The notes beneath the pieces were generated by a model, which did not search any database, was not told the origin of the DNA, and saw nothing but the letters and a program-made list of their open reading frames with translations. Shown here piece after piece: positions 1-9,912 of a stretch of DNA of 64,000 bases. The position numbers were made by a program, and so were the translations under genes. Each line of letters starts with the position of its first letter. Position 1 is the first letter of the stretch. Source of the DNA: a virus (Duplodnaviria; Caudoviricetes); IMG/VR virus record IMGVR_UViG_3300028886_000057, positions 1 to 64,000 of that record; one strand, 5' to 3'.

Positions 1-141
1 CGCGCGGTATATAGGGGGGGGTATATCGGCAAAAAATCCTAAATTTTTGCGCGCGAAGAAAGGGGAGTGGCCTAGGGATCATGCGTTTGCGATTTTTGAT
101 TTATATTTATATTTCGCTTCCTTTCCCGCATTTCTGTCGTT

Positions 142-171
142 TTGCACCAAATTTCCGTTCTCTGCCATACT
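142..171 (+). promoter_or_regulatory. sigmaA-like promoter, 18-bp spacer
   Basis: TTGCAC(142-147)-18 nt-CATACT(166-171) with TGn extension. Confidence 0.5.
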
Positions 172-243
172 ATATTATATAGTGAGGTAGATAAAAAGTA
201 TCGACTCTATGTCTTGGCAAGAACCAGTATTATAAACCAAATT

Positions 244-272
244 AAAACCTCCCCTTCGGGAGGTTTTCTTTT
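244..272. terminator. intrinsic terminator, probably bidirectional
   Basis: AAAACCTCCC-CTTC-GGGAGGTTTT then CTTTT, just past the stop of 282..1436(-). Confidence 0.8.
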
Positions 273-281
273 ACCTTAGTA

Positions 282-1436
282 CTACCCCAGTTTACTATTC
301 AGCCCAATCTCTTTAACCGCATAGTACCCGCCCCAGTATTTCTCTCGTTCCGAGAGAAATGCGCCTATGGCGCCGCTACCGCTAACTGTCGCAGGAACCG
401 CTTCAACAAGCTCCCAATGCCATTCCTCAATACCGCTTTCCATCATGGCTTGGTACAATTTAATCCTACCCGTATTATCAACGCCCCAGGCTCGTTTCGC
501 GTGCGTTTTCCACCGCTCACCTACGTCAACTGCCTGACCGATATAGCTAAGTTCTCGGTCGCCATCTTTTCGCCAAATTCGATAAATACCACTGATTCCG
601 CTAACGCCTTGTTCTCTAACTAACCGTTCCACCTCCGGCTTCACATACACATCATAGGTCGCTTTTAAAACAGCGTTCTCGCACCGCATGCCGCGGCACA
701 ACCTCCTCAACGTATCGGCGTCCTCTTTATCCACGCCACCGAACCTAATGCTTCCGCCTTCTCCTTCCACCAAGGCCGCCCGTCTTAGCGCCTCAGCGTG
801 ACTGGCGGCCAGTGCATCGCGTTCAACGGCGATCTCTTCCAACCGCTTTAGCGCGGCGGCTTGTGCGGACTGCATCTCATCCCGAGCTTGGCGGCCGACC
901 TCCAACTCCTCCTTGAGCGCCGCCACGGCCTTAACCAACTCCGTTTCGGCCTCCGCTCGCTTTTGCGCGGCTTCCGTTTCAACTAACTGCGCCGCCTCAA
1001 CTCGCTTCTTTTCTATTTCCGCTTTTACCGTTTCCTCCCCCACGGCTTTAAGTTCCGCCAACTTGTTCTCTTGCCGCTCCATATCCTCTTTAACTTTTCG
1101 GGCCGCCGCCGTCCAATCCATAAATTGGGTTTTAGACGAATTTATCTGCGCCTCGGCCGCGCCCAACTCAACTTTCGCCAGCTCCACTTGCCCATTCAAA
1201 TTATCTCGTAGCGCTCGCAAATCCGCAACCTGCGCCTCCAGCGCCTTGTACCCCAGATCTGATTCCAGCTTCGCTTTCAGCGCTGCTTGTTGCCGCCGCA
1301 CCTCATTAAGCTCCTCGCTCAACTTCACGACTGTCTTCGCGCGCCCTCTCCACTTTATCAACAAAAAAATTGTAGCTCCGACCGCGACCGCCAAGGCCAC
1401 TCCCATCACTACAATCACTCCTACCCAACTTTCCAT
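282..1436 (-). CDS. membrane-anchored coiled-coil protein with C-terminal GIY-YIG nuclease domain
   Basis: Hydrophobic N-terminal helix followed by KWRGR, long E/K/A heptad region, then GIYRI..SYIGQA..RWKTH..EREKYW..GLN. Confidence 0.8.
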   Translation of the reverse strand: MESWVGVIVVMGVALAVAVGATIFLLIKWRGRAKTVVKLSEELNEVRRQQAALKAKLESDLGYKALEAQVADLRALRDNLNGQVELAKVELGAAEAQINSSKTQFMDWTAAARKVKEDMERQENKLAELKAVGEETVKAEIEKKRVEAAQLVETEAAQKRAEAETELVKAVAALKEELEVGRQARDEMQSAQAAALKRLEEIAVERDALAASHAEALRRAALVEGEGGSIRFGGVDKEDADTLRRLCRGMRCENAVLKATYDVYVKPEVERLVREQGVSGISGIYRIWRKDGDRELSYIGQAVDVGERWKTHAKRAWGVDNTGRIKLYQAMMESGIEEWHWELVEAVPATVSGSGAIGAFLSEREKYWGGYYAVKEIGLNSKLG

Positions 1437-1450
1437 ACATTTATTCCTTT

Positions 1451-1567
1451 CTATCTATAATCATCAAAATAAACATCCGATTTAAATAACCAAATTATAA
1501 ACCAAACCGTCGCGGCAATACAAATACCTACGCCGCAACTAAGAAAAACAATAAATGGCCAAGTCAT
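1451..1567 (-). CDS. 38-aa single-TM peptide (MTWPFIVFLSCGVGICIAATVWFIIWLFKSDVYFDDYR)
   Basis: Translated by hand; AAGGGG RBS; fills the gap in the operon. Confidence 0.55.
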   Translation of the reverse strand: MTWPFIVFLSCGVGICIAATVWFIIWLFKSDVYFDDYR

Positions 1568-1573
1568 AACCCC

Positions 1574-1684
1574 TTACCACATCTTAAGCGCATCCGCTAA
1601 TACCAATGTTTCCAAATCCACCGGTACGTAACGCTCTTTACGCAGTTTCCTTCCTTCCGATTTTTCGTCTTTGCGTTTTTTCAT
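1574..1684 (-). CDS. 36-aa basic peptide (MKKRKDEKSEGRKLRKERYVPVDLETLVLADALKMW)
   Basis: Translated by hand; strong GGAGGTGA RBS; promoter directly upstream. Confidence 0.6.
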   Translation of the reverse strand: MKKRKDEKSEGRKLRKERYVPVDLETLVLADALKMW

Positions 1685-1711
1685 TCGATTCACCTCCATT
1701 TGCAAAGTAAT

Positions 1712-1740
1712 AATATATTACACTTTAGAACTGAAAGCAA
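1712..1740 (-). promoter_or_regulatory. sigmaA-like promoter, 17-bp spacer
   Basis: TTGCTT-17-TATATT. Confidence 0.55.
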
Positions 1741-1788
1741 AATCGAGTTTGGCAGACTACTTACAATCTACTTTATTATGCCGCGAAA

Positions 1789-1818
1789 TTGCCCCTCTAA
1801 CCATTTTCATTTTACACT
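1789..1818 (+). promoter_or_regulatory. promoter of packaging genes, 18-bp spacer
   Basis: TTGCCC-18-TACACT followed by AAAGGA RBS. Confidence 0.55.
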
Positions 1819-1836
1819 AAGCCGAAGAAAGGAAAA

Positions 1837-2835
1837 TTGCTTATGAATTTTCGTTTTGCCGCATGCCCACGCACTAAAACCCTATCTAAACTTATGTCGA
1901 ACCGCAACAACCCGCTCGCCGAGGAAGTGTCGTTCGATTATATAGCCACCATTATCAATGTACGCGATATACATAGCGCGGAGTTTTTCTGCCGCACTTA
2001 TAACATTGCCTTTATGCCGGATGTATGGATTAAAATGGCGGACGCCATTCCTTTGCCGGCCAAAATGATTGAAGAGTATGCCGCCGCCATGTTCGATGAG
2101 CATAACAACGCGCTCGATGGTCAGACTGGCGAATACGTCGATCGCGCGCAACTTACGTTTGAAACTGTCAACAACCTTTGGGCTAAGACGATGAAACAGC
2201 GTGATATTTTATTGCGCCTTAAACCGCTTCAAGACGACTTTGTCGCCCGCGAGCGCATCAATTGGGGCGAACAATATGACTTTAACGATCTCATCAAATT
2301 GTCCGACCTTTATATTCAGTCTCTCAAGGCCAACTCTATTACCAATCCGATTCAGAAGGAGTCTCTTCGTACACTTCTCAAAATTATGATTGATATTAAC
2401 CGAGCCATCGTCACCAAGGATACGGCCGAATTAAAGTCTCTCACCGCCGCGTTCTCCACCATGGCCAAAACGGCCCAACTCGATAACATGATTGAAACCA
2501 CGCATACTGACGAGCTTTCAACTCTGGCCGAAATCGCGCAAATCGTCGAAGACAGCGGCTTCGATATGCCGTACTATGATGGTGCCGACCGTGACGCTAT
2601 CGACATTGCAATCCACGACATCGAAGAGTCGAATGCCAGACTCGTTAAGACCGCTACGGGCCTTGGTCCGCAAATTGAGCAGATGATGGCCAAGCACCGC
2701 GAGGAACAGGAGAAGAACGCTACTGAAGCCGCCCAAAACGACCTCGACATTTCTTCGCTTCTTTCCGCTTATTCCGATGAGCAACAGGTGGAGGAAGAAG
2801 ACGACGCCCTTATTACTAATAAGGAGTTTGAGTAA
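1837..2835 (+). CDS. helical protein, candidate terminase small subunit
   Basis: TAATG-coupled to terL; helical with acidic C-terminus; function from position only. Confidence 0.45.
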   Translation: MLMNFRFAACPRTKTLSKLMSNRNNPLAEEVSFDYIATIINVRDIHSAEFFCRTYNIAFMPDVWIKMADAIPLPAKMIEEYAAAMFDEHNNALDGQTGEYVDRAQLTFETVNNLWAKTMKQRDILLRLKPLQDDFVARERINWGEQYDFNDLIKLSDLYIQSLKANSITNPIQKESLRTLLKIMIDINRAIVTKDTAELKSLTAAFSTMAKTAQLDNMIETTHTDELSTLAEIAQIVEDSGFDMPYYDGADRDAIDIAIHDIEESNARLVKTATGLGPQIEQMMAKHREEQEKNATEAAQNDLDISSLLSAYSDEQQVEEEDDALITNKEFE

Positions 2836-4685
2836 TGGCCGTTGCACTAAAAGAACTCAAGCATAAGGATGCCGTTAAAATCGCCTCGACCTATGAAGAC
2901 TTTGGTATTGACTCCGAAATAGGCGAACTCATCGACTTTCTCCATGAAGACGAGCAGGAAGCTAGCGGCTTTATTACCAAAAAGCGCATTCTCAAAAACC
3001 GCGATAAGTGGGGCATGGTAATTAACCAGTGGCTTTGTTACCCCGATCTTTTCGTCGATCTTATTACGCCGCCTCGTTCTGAGTTCACACTCTACCCCTT
3101 TCAACGCATCATCATGCGTTGCATGGCGCGCAAAGTGCAGACCTATTGCGTCTTCAGCCGTGGTACTTCTAAATCATTCTGTGGCTTCCTTGAGCGTTAT
3201 ATTCAAGCCACTTTGACGCCGCGCCACCGCGCCGGTATCATCGCCGGCACTCGCAAGCAAGCAACCTCCATTGCTAAAGAAAAAATTATCGACGACCTTT
3301 GGAATAAGTTCCCGTTCCTCGGCAACGAAATGCAGAAGCGTCATGTTGCTGGTAAATACTTAGATGCCTATACCGCCGGTGCGGACTACGCGCGTTTCGG
3401 CTTTAAGAACGGGTCCTGGTTGGACGTTGCTTCTGATCGTGGTCTTCGTCGTGAGTCTGTCCTGTTCGAGGAAATTATCGAACAAGACCCAACCTTCGTC
3501 AATGAAATCGCTATTCCTTGGACCAACAAGCCGCGCTCTACTTCATTGGGCCGCATCAATCCTAATGAACCGCAGGCCCAGAAAATCTTCGTAACCACTG
3601 CCGGTTATCAAGGAACCTACGCTTACGACAAACTTATTCAGACCCTCATCATGTCAGTTATTCAACCAGAGCGCTACGCAGTTCTTACCGGTGACTATAA
3701 AATCCCGCTCTACCACGGTCTTATCCAGCAATCCGAAATTACCGACAAACTTAACGACCCTACCTTCAACAAAGCCTCCTTTGACCGCGAGTATATGTCG
3801 ATTTGGTCTGACGCTCCAACCGGCGCCGCTTTCCGTAGTTCCACTATTACCGCCCTTCGCAAAATCAAGCGTATCGAGCTTGAAAACAAAATCAATAAAG
3901 ACGACCCCGAACAAGTTAACGACTTCTACGTTATCGCACTCGACGTTGCTAAAGACGGTGACGCGAAGACTGACGGCATGATTGCGCGCGTGCGTCCAAA
4001 GCAGTACGCCTTCACCTATAAAATCATCAACCTCTTCCAAATCGACACCACCGACTTCTCTAATGTCGCTAACGAACTCAAACGCCTTATTATTGCCTTC
4101 GAGCCGCAACTCGTTATTTGGGATGCTAACGGTGTCGGCGCCGGCATCCGTGACTGGATGAATAAGCCAACCCAATCTGCAGACGGTTTCTCCTTTCCCG
4201 GCTACGGCATTATCAACCCACCTGATAGCGCTAAACAAGACCTCATTCTTTATCCGCCCGATCGCACCATCTGCTACGAAATCAAGTCCGGCGGCCAAAA
4301 AGGTTCTGATATTCACAACTTCCTTTTCAGCCGTATTTCTAACGGCTCCATCGTATTTCCAATCTCTAAGGGCGATGCGGTTGACCGCTACCAAAAGAAT
4401 AAGTCCTTCATGGCCCTTTCGGAAAAGCGCAAGATTGAAATTCTACGCCCCTACCAGCTAATGGATCTCGCTGAAGTACAGTTCCGCAACCTCGACATTC
4501 TTGAAGACACCAGTGTTGGCAGCCGTATCATCAAGATTAGCCGCCGCAACCAGGCTATCCAAAAAGACTTCTTCTCCGCTCTCGAATATCTCGTCTACGG
4601 AGTCAACCAATACATTGAGCTGCCCTATTACAAGAAACGGCTCACAACTAAAAATTCATTATTAAACGCCATAATTGTAGACTAG
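2835..4685 (+). CDS. terL: terminase large subunit
   Basis: LYPFQ adenine motif, SRGTSKS Walker A, VLFEE Walker B, VTTAG motif III, FDREY, ALDVA and KDFFSA RNase H-like nuclease motifs. Confidence 0.9.
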   Translation: MAVALKELKHKDAVKIASTYEDFGIDSEIGELIDFLHEDEQEASGFITKKRILKNRDKWGMVINQWLCYPDLFVDLITPPRSEFTLYPFQRIIMRCMARKVQTYCVFSRGTSKSFCGFLERYIQATLTPRHRAGIIAGTRKQATSIAKEKIIDDLWNKFPFLGNEMQKRHVAGKYLDAYTAGADYARFGFKNGSWLDVASDRGLRRESVLFEEIIEQDPTFVNEIAIPWTNKPRSTSLGRINPNEPQAQKIFVTTAGYQGTYAYDKLIQTLIMSVIQPERYAVLTGDYKIPLYHGLIQQSEITDKLNDPTFNKASFDREYMSIWSDAPTGAAFRSSTITALRKIKRIELENKINKDDPEQVNDFYVIALDVAKDGDAKTDGMIARVRPKQYAFTYKIINLFQIDTTDFSNVANELKRLIIAFEPQLVIWDANGVGAGIRDWMNKPTQSADGFSFPGYGIINPPDSAKQDLILYPPDRTICYEIKSGGQKGSDIHNFLFSRISNGSIVFPISKGDAVDRYQKNKSFMALSEKRKIEILRPYQLMDLAEVQFRNLDILEDTSVGSRIIKISRRNQAIQKDFFSALEYLVYGVNQYIELPYYKKRLTTKNSLLNAIIVD

Positions 4686-4772
4686 GCCGGGAGGTCGTTC
4701 AGTAACGCTTCCAAATTGGGCCCCGGCATTATTTCCATTTTACAATATAGCGTACAAGGAAAGTTTAAAGAC

Positions 4773-6275
4773 ATGGCCAAGAATACAGTAACTCCCGCGA
4801 ACAGTTTCAAAGTCACGACCATTGTCGATGACTCTACCGAAGTATTCACTGATACCGTTGACGTTAAAAATAAAGTTGGAAGCGCCACCGGTTACGGTGC
4901 GAACACGGCCTCATTTGCTACACAGGCAGACGTGCTCGCCCAATTACAAAAAGGTGATTCCGCTAGTGGTCGTAAGCAAATTGTTAAAGCTTCTCGACTT
5001 CTCTATGCGACTAATCCAACTTACTTCAAAATTATCAACTATTACGCCACCGCCTTCTTGCCGCGCTACTACATCACCCCTCGATATATGCCGACGCGTA
5101 TGTCGAAGAAGTTGGAGGGCGACAAGTGGTTCGAAGTTTACAGTTCAATGATTGAATACGCCGACGGCCTCAACCTCGACGTTAAAATGATTGACTTGCT
5201 CCGCACCATCTTCATTGAGGGCGGCGTATACTTCACGACCTTCTTCTCCGAAGAAAGCCAGTGCGTTGATACCATTGTTCTTCCTAGTGAATATGCATCC
5301 CGAGTTGGCGAAACTGAACTCGGCACCGACGTCATTCAATTTGACTTCTCTTATTTCGATTCGCTAGGTTTGAACGCGGAAGAGGTGGATGATCTTCTTA
5401 AAGGTTTTCCATCAGAGTTCAGCGAACTCTATCGTGCGTATAAAGCCGATTCCACTAAGCGCTTGGGCATACTAAGCCCGGCGCACTCCTCCTGTGTTCT
5501 ACTCAATTCTAAGGCAATCCCAACGCTCTTCTACGCCGCAATCGGTGTTAAGAACTATGAGAGTTATACCCAGAACGAGTTGGATAAAAGTACCCAAGCT
5601 TTGCAAACGATTGTTGAGCACCACATTCCGACGTACCAAGACAAATTACTCTTGGAATCGCCTGAAATGAACTTGCTTCATAAGAAGCTCTCAACAATTA
5701 CACGCAGCGCCAAGAACACGCGTCTTGTAACAACTATCGGTGACGTTAAAGTCCACCAGTTGCTCGAAGACGCCGGCAACGTGGCCGATAACACGCTTGA
5801 AAATGCTTATAAATCAATATACGATGCAGCTGGCGTCAACAATGGCCTCTTCTATGGAGACAACCAATATTCCGTTGAGTCCAGTTTGTCGATCGATCGA
5901 GGATTGGTGTGGTCCCTTATCGAGAAGTTAGCGAACTTCTATAATGTGGCTCTCAATAGTCTCGGTATTGATTTTAAGGGGTATCAAGTTGAATTGACGA
6001 TGATACCTATATCCAGAGACAAAGCTTCAACCGACATTGAACGTTATCGTGAAAGTGCCAAGTTGGGCGTTGGCGTTCTCCCCTTTATGATTGCGTCTGG
6101 AATAAAGCAGAAGAACGTTGACTCTTACCTCGACATGGAAACGAACCTAGGTTTGGTGGAGCGTCTCGTACCTTTGCGCAGCTCCAACACTATGGGCTCT
6201 GAATTTGGTGCTGAAAGCTCCAATTCCGATACCACAGTGTCAGCTGATGAGGAAAAAGAAAATGGTAAAGATTAA
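4773..6275 (+). CDS. portal protein
   Basis: About 500 aa directly after terL; ATG 4773 chosen for AAGGAAAG RBS. Confidence 0.75.
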   Translation: MAKNTVTPANSFKVTTIVDDSTEVFTDTVDVKNKVGSATGYGANTASFATQADVLAQLQKGDSASGRKQIVKASRLLYATNPTYFKIINYYATAFLPRYYITPRYMPTRMSKKLEGDKWFEVYSSMIEYADGLNLDVKMIDLLRTIFIEGGVYFTTFFSEESQCVDTIVLPSEYASRVGETELGTDVIQFDFSYFDSLGLNAEEVDDLLKGFPSEFSELYRAYKADSTKRLGILSPAHSSCVLLNSKAIPTLFYAAIGVKNYESYTQNELDKSTQALQTIVEHHIPTYQDKLLLESPEMNLLHKKLSTITRSAKNTRLVTTIGDVKVHQLLEDAGNVADNTLENAYKSIYDAAGVNNGLFYGDNQYSVESSLSIDRGLVWSLIEKLANFYNVALNSLGIDFKGYQVELTMIPISRDKASTDIERYRESAKLGVGVLPFMIASGIKQKNVDSYLDMETNLGLVERLVPLRSSNTMGSEFGAESSNSDTTVSADEEKENGKD

Positions 6276-7746
6276 TAATGTTAATTTAATTCCAGCTTCT
6301 TTTGTAGAAATCGCTCCTCAAACTTCCGACAGCCTCTACACGCGCGGCATCCTTGACGTCTTTTACGTTGGGGAAACCGCGGATCACCGTGTTTTCACTA
6401 AAGAGTTTAGTGACAACCTTCTCAAGTCTATTGCCTATACTCCTGTTGTAAGTCATTACGACGCAGAAAAGGACGACTTCGAAGGTCACGCGGCTCAGCA
6501 GGAAATATACGGTCTTGTAGACCCTATGGTGCCGCCTACCTATGTTGAACATGATGGCGCCACTTGGGCACGTTGTGAGACTATTCTCTACACCGAGCGC
6601 CCTGATAAAGTTGGCGAAATCGCGTCCAAAATCATCGGTCACGCGCAATCCTTAGAGTTGCACCCCGACTCCTTGAAGTATCGAATTAATCGGGATGTGC
6701 ATGGCAACTTCAAGAATCTCGAATTCCTCGACGGCAAATTCGTCGGAGTGAGCGTTCTTGGCAAAGACCAAGAACCAGCCTTCACTGGCAGCCACTTCTT
6801 TGAAGCCTTGCCGGCAGAGGCATTTGCTAGAGGAAAGGAAATGACACTTACTATTCAAGAATTTGCTAAGCTTTCTTGGGGAGAAAAGGCCGATTACATT
6901 GCCAACGCGCTTTACGCGAAGTATGGCGATAACTTCTGGTGCATTCGAGACGTTTATGACAATGCTGTTGTCTACAGCGTTTATGACGAAGAGTCCAACT
7001 CTATCCGTCTCTACCGTTGCAAGTATAAACTTGACGGCGAAAAAGCGGAGCTCACTTCCGAACCGGAAGAGGTTCACCCTTCTTACGAAAAGCTTTCTGT
7101 TGAAGATCCAAGTACCTTGGCGTCCAAGAAAAGTCTCGAGGAGGACAACGAGGACATTCAACTTCAAATTGAAGCCGAAGAGAATGCTGAACCTGCGCCG
7201 GAACAGACACCTGAGCCCGATCCTAAATCAGAGCCGGAACCGGAGCCTACTTCTGACCCAGAACCGGACCCCGATCCTACGCCGACTGAAGAGCCGACCG
7301 TCGATCCTACACCGGACCCCGAGTCTAATTCGGATTCTTCTGAATCTAACTCTGAAACACCGGAAGAGCCTGGCCAAGCTACATTAGTTGCTGATCCGAA
7401 AGGTCTCGATAATGAAGAAGAAAAGCCGACAGCCACTTCCACACTTTCTGACTCTGAGCGAATCGAGTTGGAAGCGTATCGCAAAGCCAAGAAAATCGAG
7501 TTAATCAATTCTTATAGCGCCGATCTCTCTGCCGACGAGGTTAAAGAGCTTGTTGCTAAAGTTGATGAATATTCCTTCGAGGCACTCGAAGCCGAATTAA
7601 ACGCTCGCTTTGTGGCCAATGCTCGCAAGAAACGGGAAGAAGCCCCGGCAGCTCCTGCTGCAAGCTTCAAGTGGTATCCATCCACTCCAAAATCTGGTAC
7701 GAATAATGAGTTGGCCGCTTATATCGGCGACCTCCTTCATAAATAA
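6262..7746 (+). CDS. prohead protease/scaffold with Pro/Glu/Asp-rich linker
   Basis: Protease-like N-domain (FEGH, QSLEL, GVSVLG..EPAF), PEPDP-rich linker, helical C-terminus; lies between portal and capsid. Confidence 0.7.
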   Translation: MVKINNVNLIPASFVEIAPQTSDSLYTRGILDVFYVGETADHRVFTKEFSDNLLKSIAYTPVVSHYDAEKDDFEGHAAQQEIYGLVDPMVPPTYVEHDGATWARCETILYTERPDKVGEIASKIIGHAQSLELHPDSLKYRINRDVHGNFKNLEFLDGKFVGVSVLGKDQEPAFTGSHFFEALPAEAFARGKEMTLTIQEFAKLSWGEKADYIANALYAKYGDNFWCIRDVYDNAVVYSVYDEESNSIRLYRCKYKLDGEKAELTSEPEEVHPSYEKLSVEDPSTLASKKSLEEDNEDIQLQIEAEENAEPAPEQTPEPDPKSEPEPEPTSDPEPDPDPTPTEEPTVDPTPDPESNSDSSESNSETPEEPGQATLVADPKGLDNEEEKPTATSTLSDSERIELEAYRKAKKIELINSYSADLSADEVKELVAKVDEYSFEALEAELNARFVANARKKREEAPAAPAASFKWYPSTPKSGTNNELAAYIGDLLHK

Positions 7747-7760
7747 TTGAGGTATTATAA

Positions 7761-8303
7761 ATGTTTCACTTAAAGTTCGTTAAAACTTTTAAACAGGTTG
7801 AACCTCAGCTTCTCCGTGGCCTCACCGCCGGTCTTGTTATCTCTCAGCGTCCCGTCAAGTACACCGCTGCCACCGAACAAGCCGCTGAGTCCTATGGTGT
7901 TGCAACCGTTGCGTTCAACGATTACAAGTATATCGAAAATGGTATCATTTGCGGACTCGACTCTAAAGGCCAAATTGTGAACTATGCTGGTAGCGGCAAA
8001 ATGTTCATTCACTTTGATGAAGAACTCAATGCTGACTACGACGCAAAGAACATGTTTGCTGTCGAATGCAAGGGTGCAGAAACCTACATCCGTCTTGTCG
8101 AGCTTCAGGTTGGTGACGAGTTCGTTACCGACAATGTTAACGGCACTTTCGTAGACGGTACTGTCTATGGTGTCGCCAATGGTGTTATCAGCTCCAGCGT
8201 TACCACTGGTGCCAGTGCCAAATTCCTCTACGAAGAGGGTGGCGCCTTTGAGAACACTCTCCCTAACGGCGAAAAGGGTTATCACTTCGTCTATCTTGGT
8301 TAA
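7761..8303 (+). CDS. capsid decoration/cement protein
   Basis: 180 aa beta-rich protein just before the major capsid gene; strongly biased codons. Confidence 0.6.
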   Translation: MFHLKFVKTFKQVEPQLLRGLTAGLVISQRPVKYTAATEQAAESYGVATVAFNDYKYIENGIICGLDSKGQIVNYAGSGKMFIHFDEELNADYDAKNMFAVECKGAETYIRLVELQVGDEFVTDNVNGTFVDGTVYGVANGVISSSVTTGASAKFLYEEGGAFENTLPNGEKGYHFVYLG

Positions 8304-8318
8304 TTGAGGTAGCAACTA

Positions 8319-9332
8319 ATGGAAAAGAAATTACTTCTTAATGCCCTTCGTGGCAATGCAGTAGAGAACTTCTCCGCTGCCGATGTTAACACTGCCGCTC
8401 TTGCCGATCTTCTTAAGGATTTCGGTATTGAGGATCGTCCTACTGGCCGTCAGCTTGCTGCTCACAAAAACGAAATGTTTGCTATCATTATCGAAGCCCT
8501 CGATGAAATCCTTCCAAAGGATATGCAGAACATCGCTGGTCAGTGGGCTGAAGTTATCTCCTTTGATCGTGACGAGCAGGTCGTCTTCAAACTTGGTCAG
8601 GCCAAGTCCAAAAAGCGTGCCCGCCTTTCCATCAAACGTGGCGCCCGTTCCGGCATCTATCGTGCTGCTCAATGGGATTCCAGCTTAATGGAACTCGACA
8701 CTGAGACCTTCACTGTTGGTATGTATGTCACTCTTGAGGACATTATCCTTGGCCGTGTCAGCCTCGCTGAATACTATCAGAACATCCTCGCTGGTTTCGA
8801 GGAAATCATCTACGCCGAGTCTGTCAAAGCTCTCCGCTCTGCCAGCACTCTTGCTCCTGGCTCCCACATTCAGAACATCTCCGCGTCTCTCGACATCAAC
8901 GCCGCTCTTGACGAAGCTGTCCGTATTGCTCGCGCCTATGGTCCGAATGTTACCATCTTCGGCTTTGCTTCCGAACTTGCAAAAGTTCAGAACATCCAAG
9001 ACTGGAAGGTAGCTGATGACCGTGCCGATATTCGTGAAATCGGTCACGTCCGCGTTTACAAAGGCACCCCTGTTGTTGAACTTCCGAACGCCATCCTTGC
9101 CGACGGCGATCAGATCACCTGGGCGTTCAAAGAAGGCGATATCTTCGTTCTTCCTGCTGATGCTAAGCCGGTCAAAATCGCTTTCCGTGGCGAAGGCGTC
9201 CTTGTCGAAGATAAGGAACCCGCTGGCGGTATGCGTTGGGATTACTCCAAGATGATGGGCATTGGCTTGCTTCTTGCCGACAATGTCTGCATCGTCAAAG
9301 ATGCTGAAAATCCGACTAACGGTCAGTATTAA
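8319..9332 (+). CDS. major capsid protein
   Basis: 337 aa, head-module position, biased codons, YKGTPVVELPN motif typical of HK97-fold capsids. Confidence 0.8.
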   Translation: MEKKLLLNALRGNAVENFSAADVNTAALADLLKDFGIEDRPTGRQLAAHKNEMFAIIIEALDEILPKDMQNIAGQWAEVISFDRDEQVVFKLGQAKSKKRARLSIKRGARSGIYRAAQWDSSLMELDTETFTVGMYVTLEDIILGRVSLAEYYQNILAGFEEIIYAESVKALRSASTLAPGSHIQNISASLDINAALDEAVRIARAYGPNVTIFGFASELAKVQNIQDWKVADDRADIREIGHVRVYKGTPVVELPNAILADGDQITWAFKEGDIFVLPADAKPVKIAFRGEGVLVEDKEPAGGMRWDYSKMMGIGLLLADNVCIVKDAENPTNGQY

Positions 9333-9349
9333 TTTAGTGTAAATCGAGT

Positions 9350-9371
9350 GGTGGGGCCTTCGGGCCCCACC
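9350..9371 (+). other. GC-rich cUUCGg hairpin without U-tract
   Basis: GGTGGGGCC-TTCG-GGCCCCACC after the capsid gene. Confidence 0.7.
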
Positions 9372-9413
9372 CTAAAACTAGCTCCCGTGAGCTATAGAAA
9401 GGATTAAATATTA

Positions 9414-9899
9414 ATGGAAAATCAATACGTCGTTATTACTAAAACGTGTGTTGGAAGTCTAACTATTACTGTTACCAACCCCACCACCGGCGCTATTCAA
9501 CGTATTGTCTTGCGTGCCGATCAGCCGAAACGTATGATTCCGGTTGCCACCGCCGCTTTGATTTATACCGACACCTTTGGTGGCGCGTATCGTATGTATA
9601 AAGCAGGCTATTTCTCTTTCGACGATCCGCAGAAGGTATATGATTACGCTTTCTCTCAGGGTCTTATCCTTGGTGACCCAGAACTAATTAAACAAGATTC
9701 CAAGTCGACGCTTCTTGATGATATTAAGAGGGCTCTTATCGCCGGCAACCGTCTTGAAATTGATAAGTTCTGCACCAAAGAAAAAGGACTCGAAGACGTG
9801 GCGCGTGTTGCCCGTTCGATTGTTGGTGAACTTAAACAAAGCACCATCAAGTACGTCGAAGAAAAAGTCGGCGTTGGTCTCACCGTCGAAGGTGAGTAA
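9414..9899 (+). CDS. hypothetical head-module protein
   Basis: AAAGGA RBS; position. Confidence 0.6.
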   Translation: MENQYVVITKTCVGSLTITVTNPTTGAIQRIVLRADQPKRMIPVATAALIYTDTFGGAYRMYKAGYFSFDDPQKVYDYAFSQGLILGDPELIKQDSKSTLLDDIKRALIAGNRLEIDKFCTKEKGLEDVARVARSIVGELKQSTIKYVEEKVGVGLTVEGE

Positions 9900-9912
9900 T
9901 TGGAGCTAGAGT

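Noticed and set aside
7190-7330. Tandem repeat or CRISPR-like array
   Set aside because: Degenerate codons for a Pro/Glu/Asp linker; no fixed repeat-spacer period.
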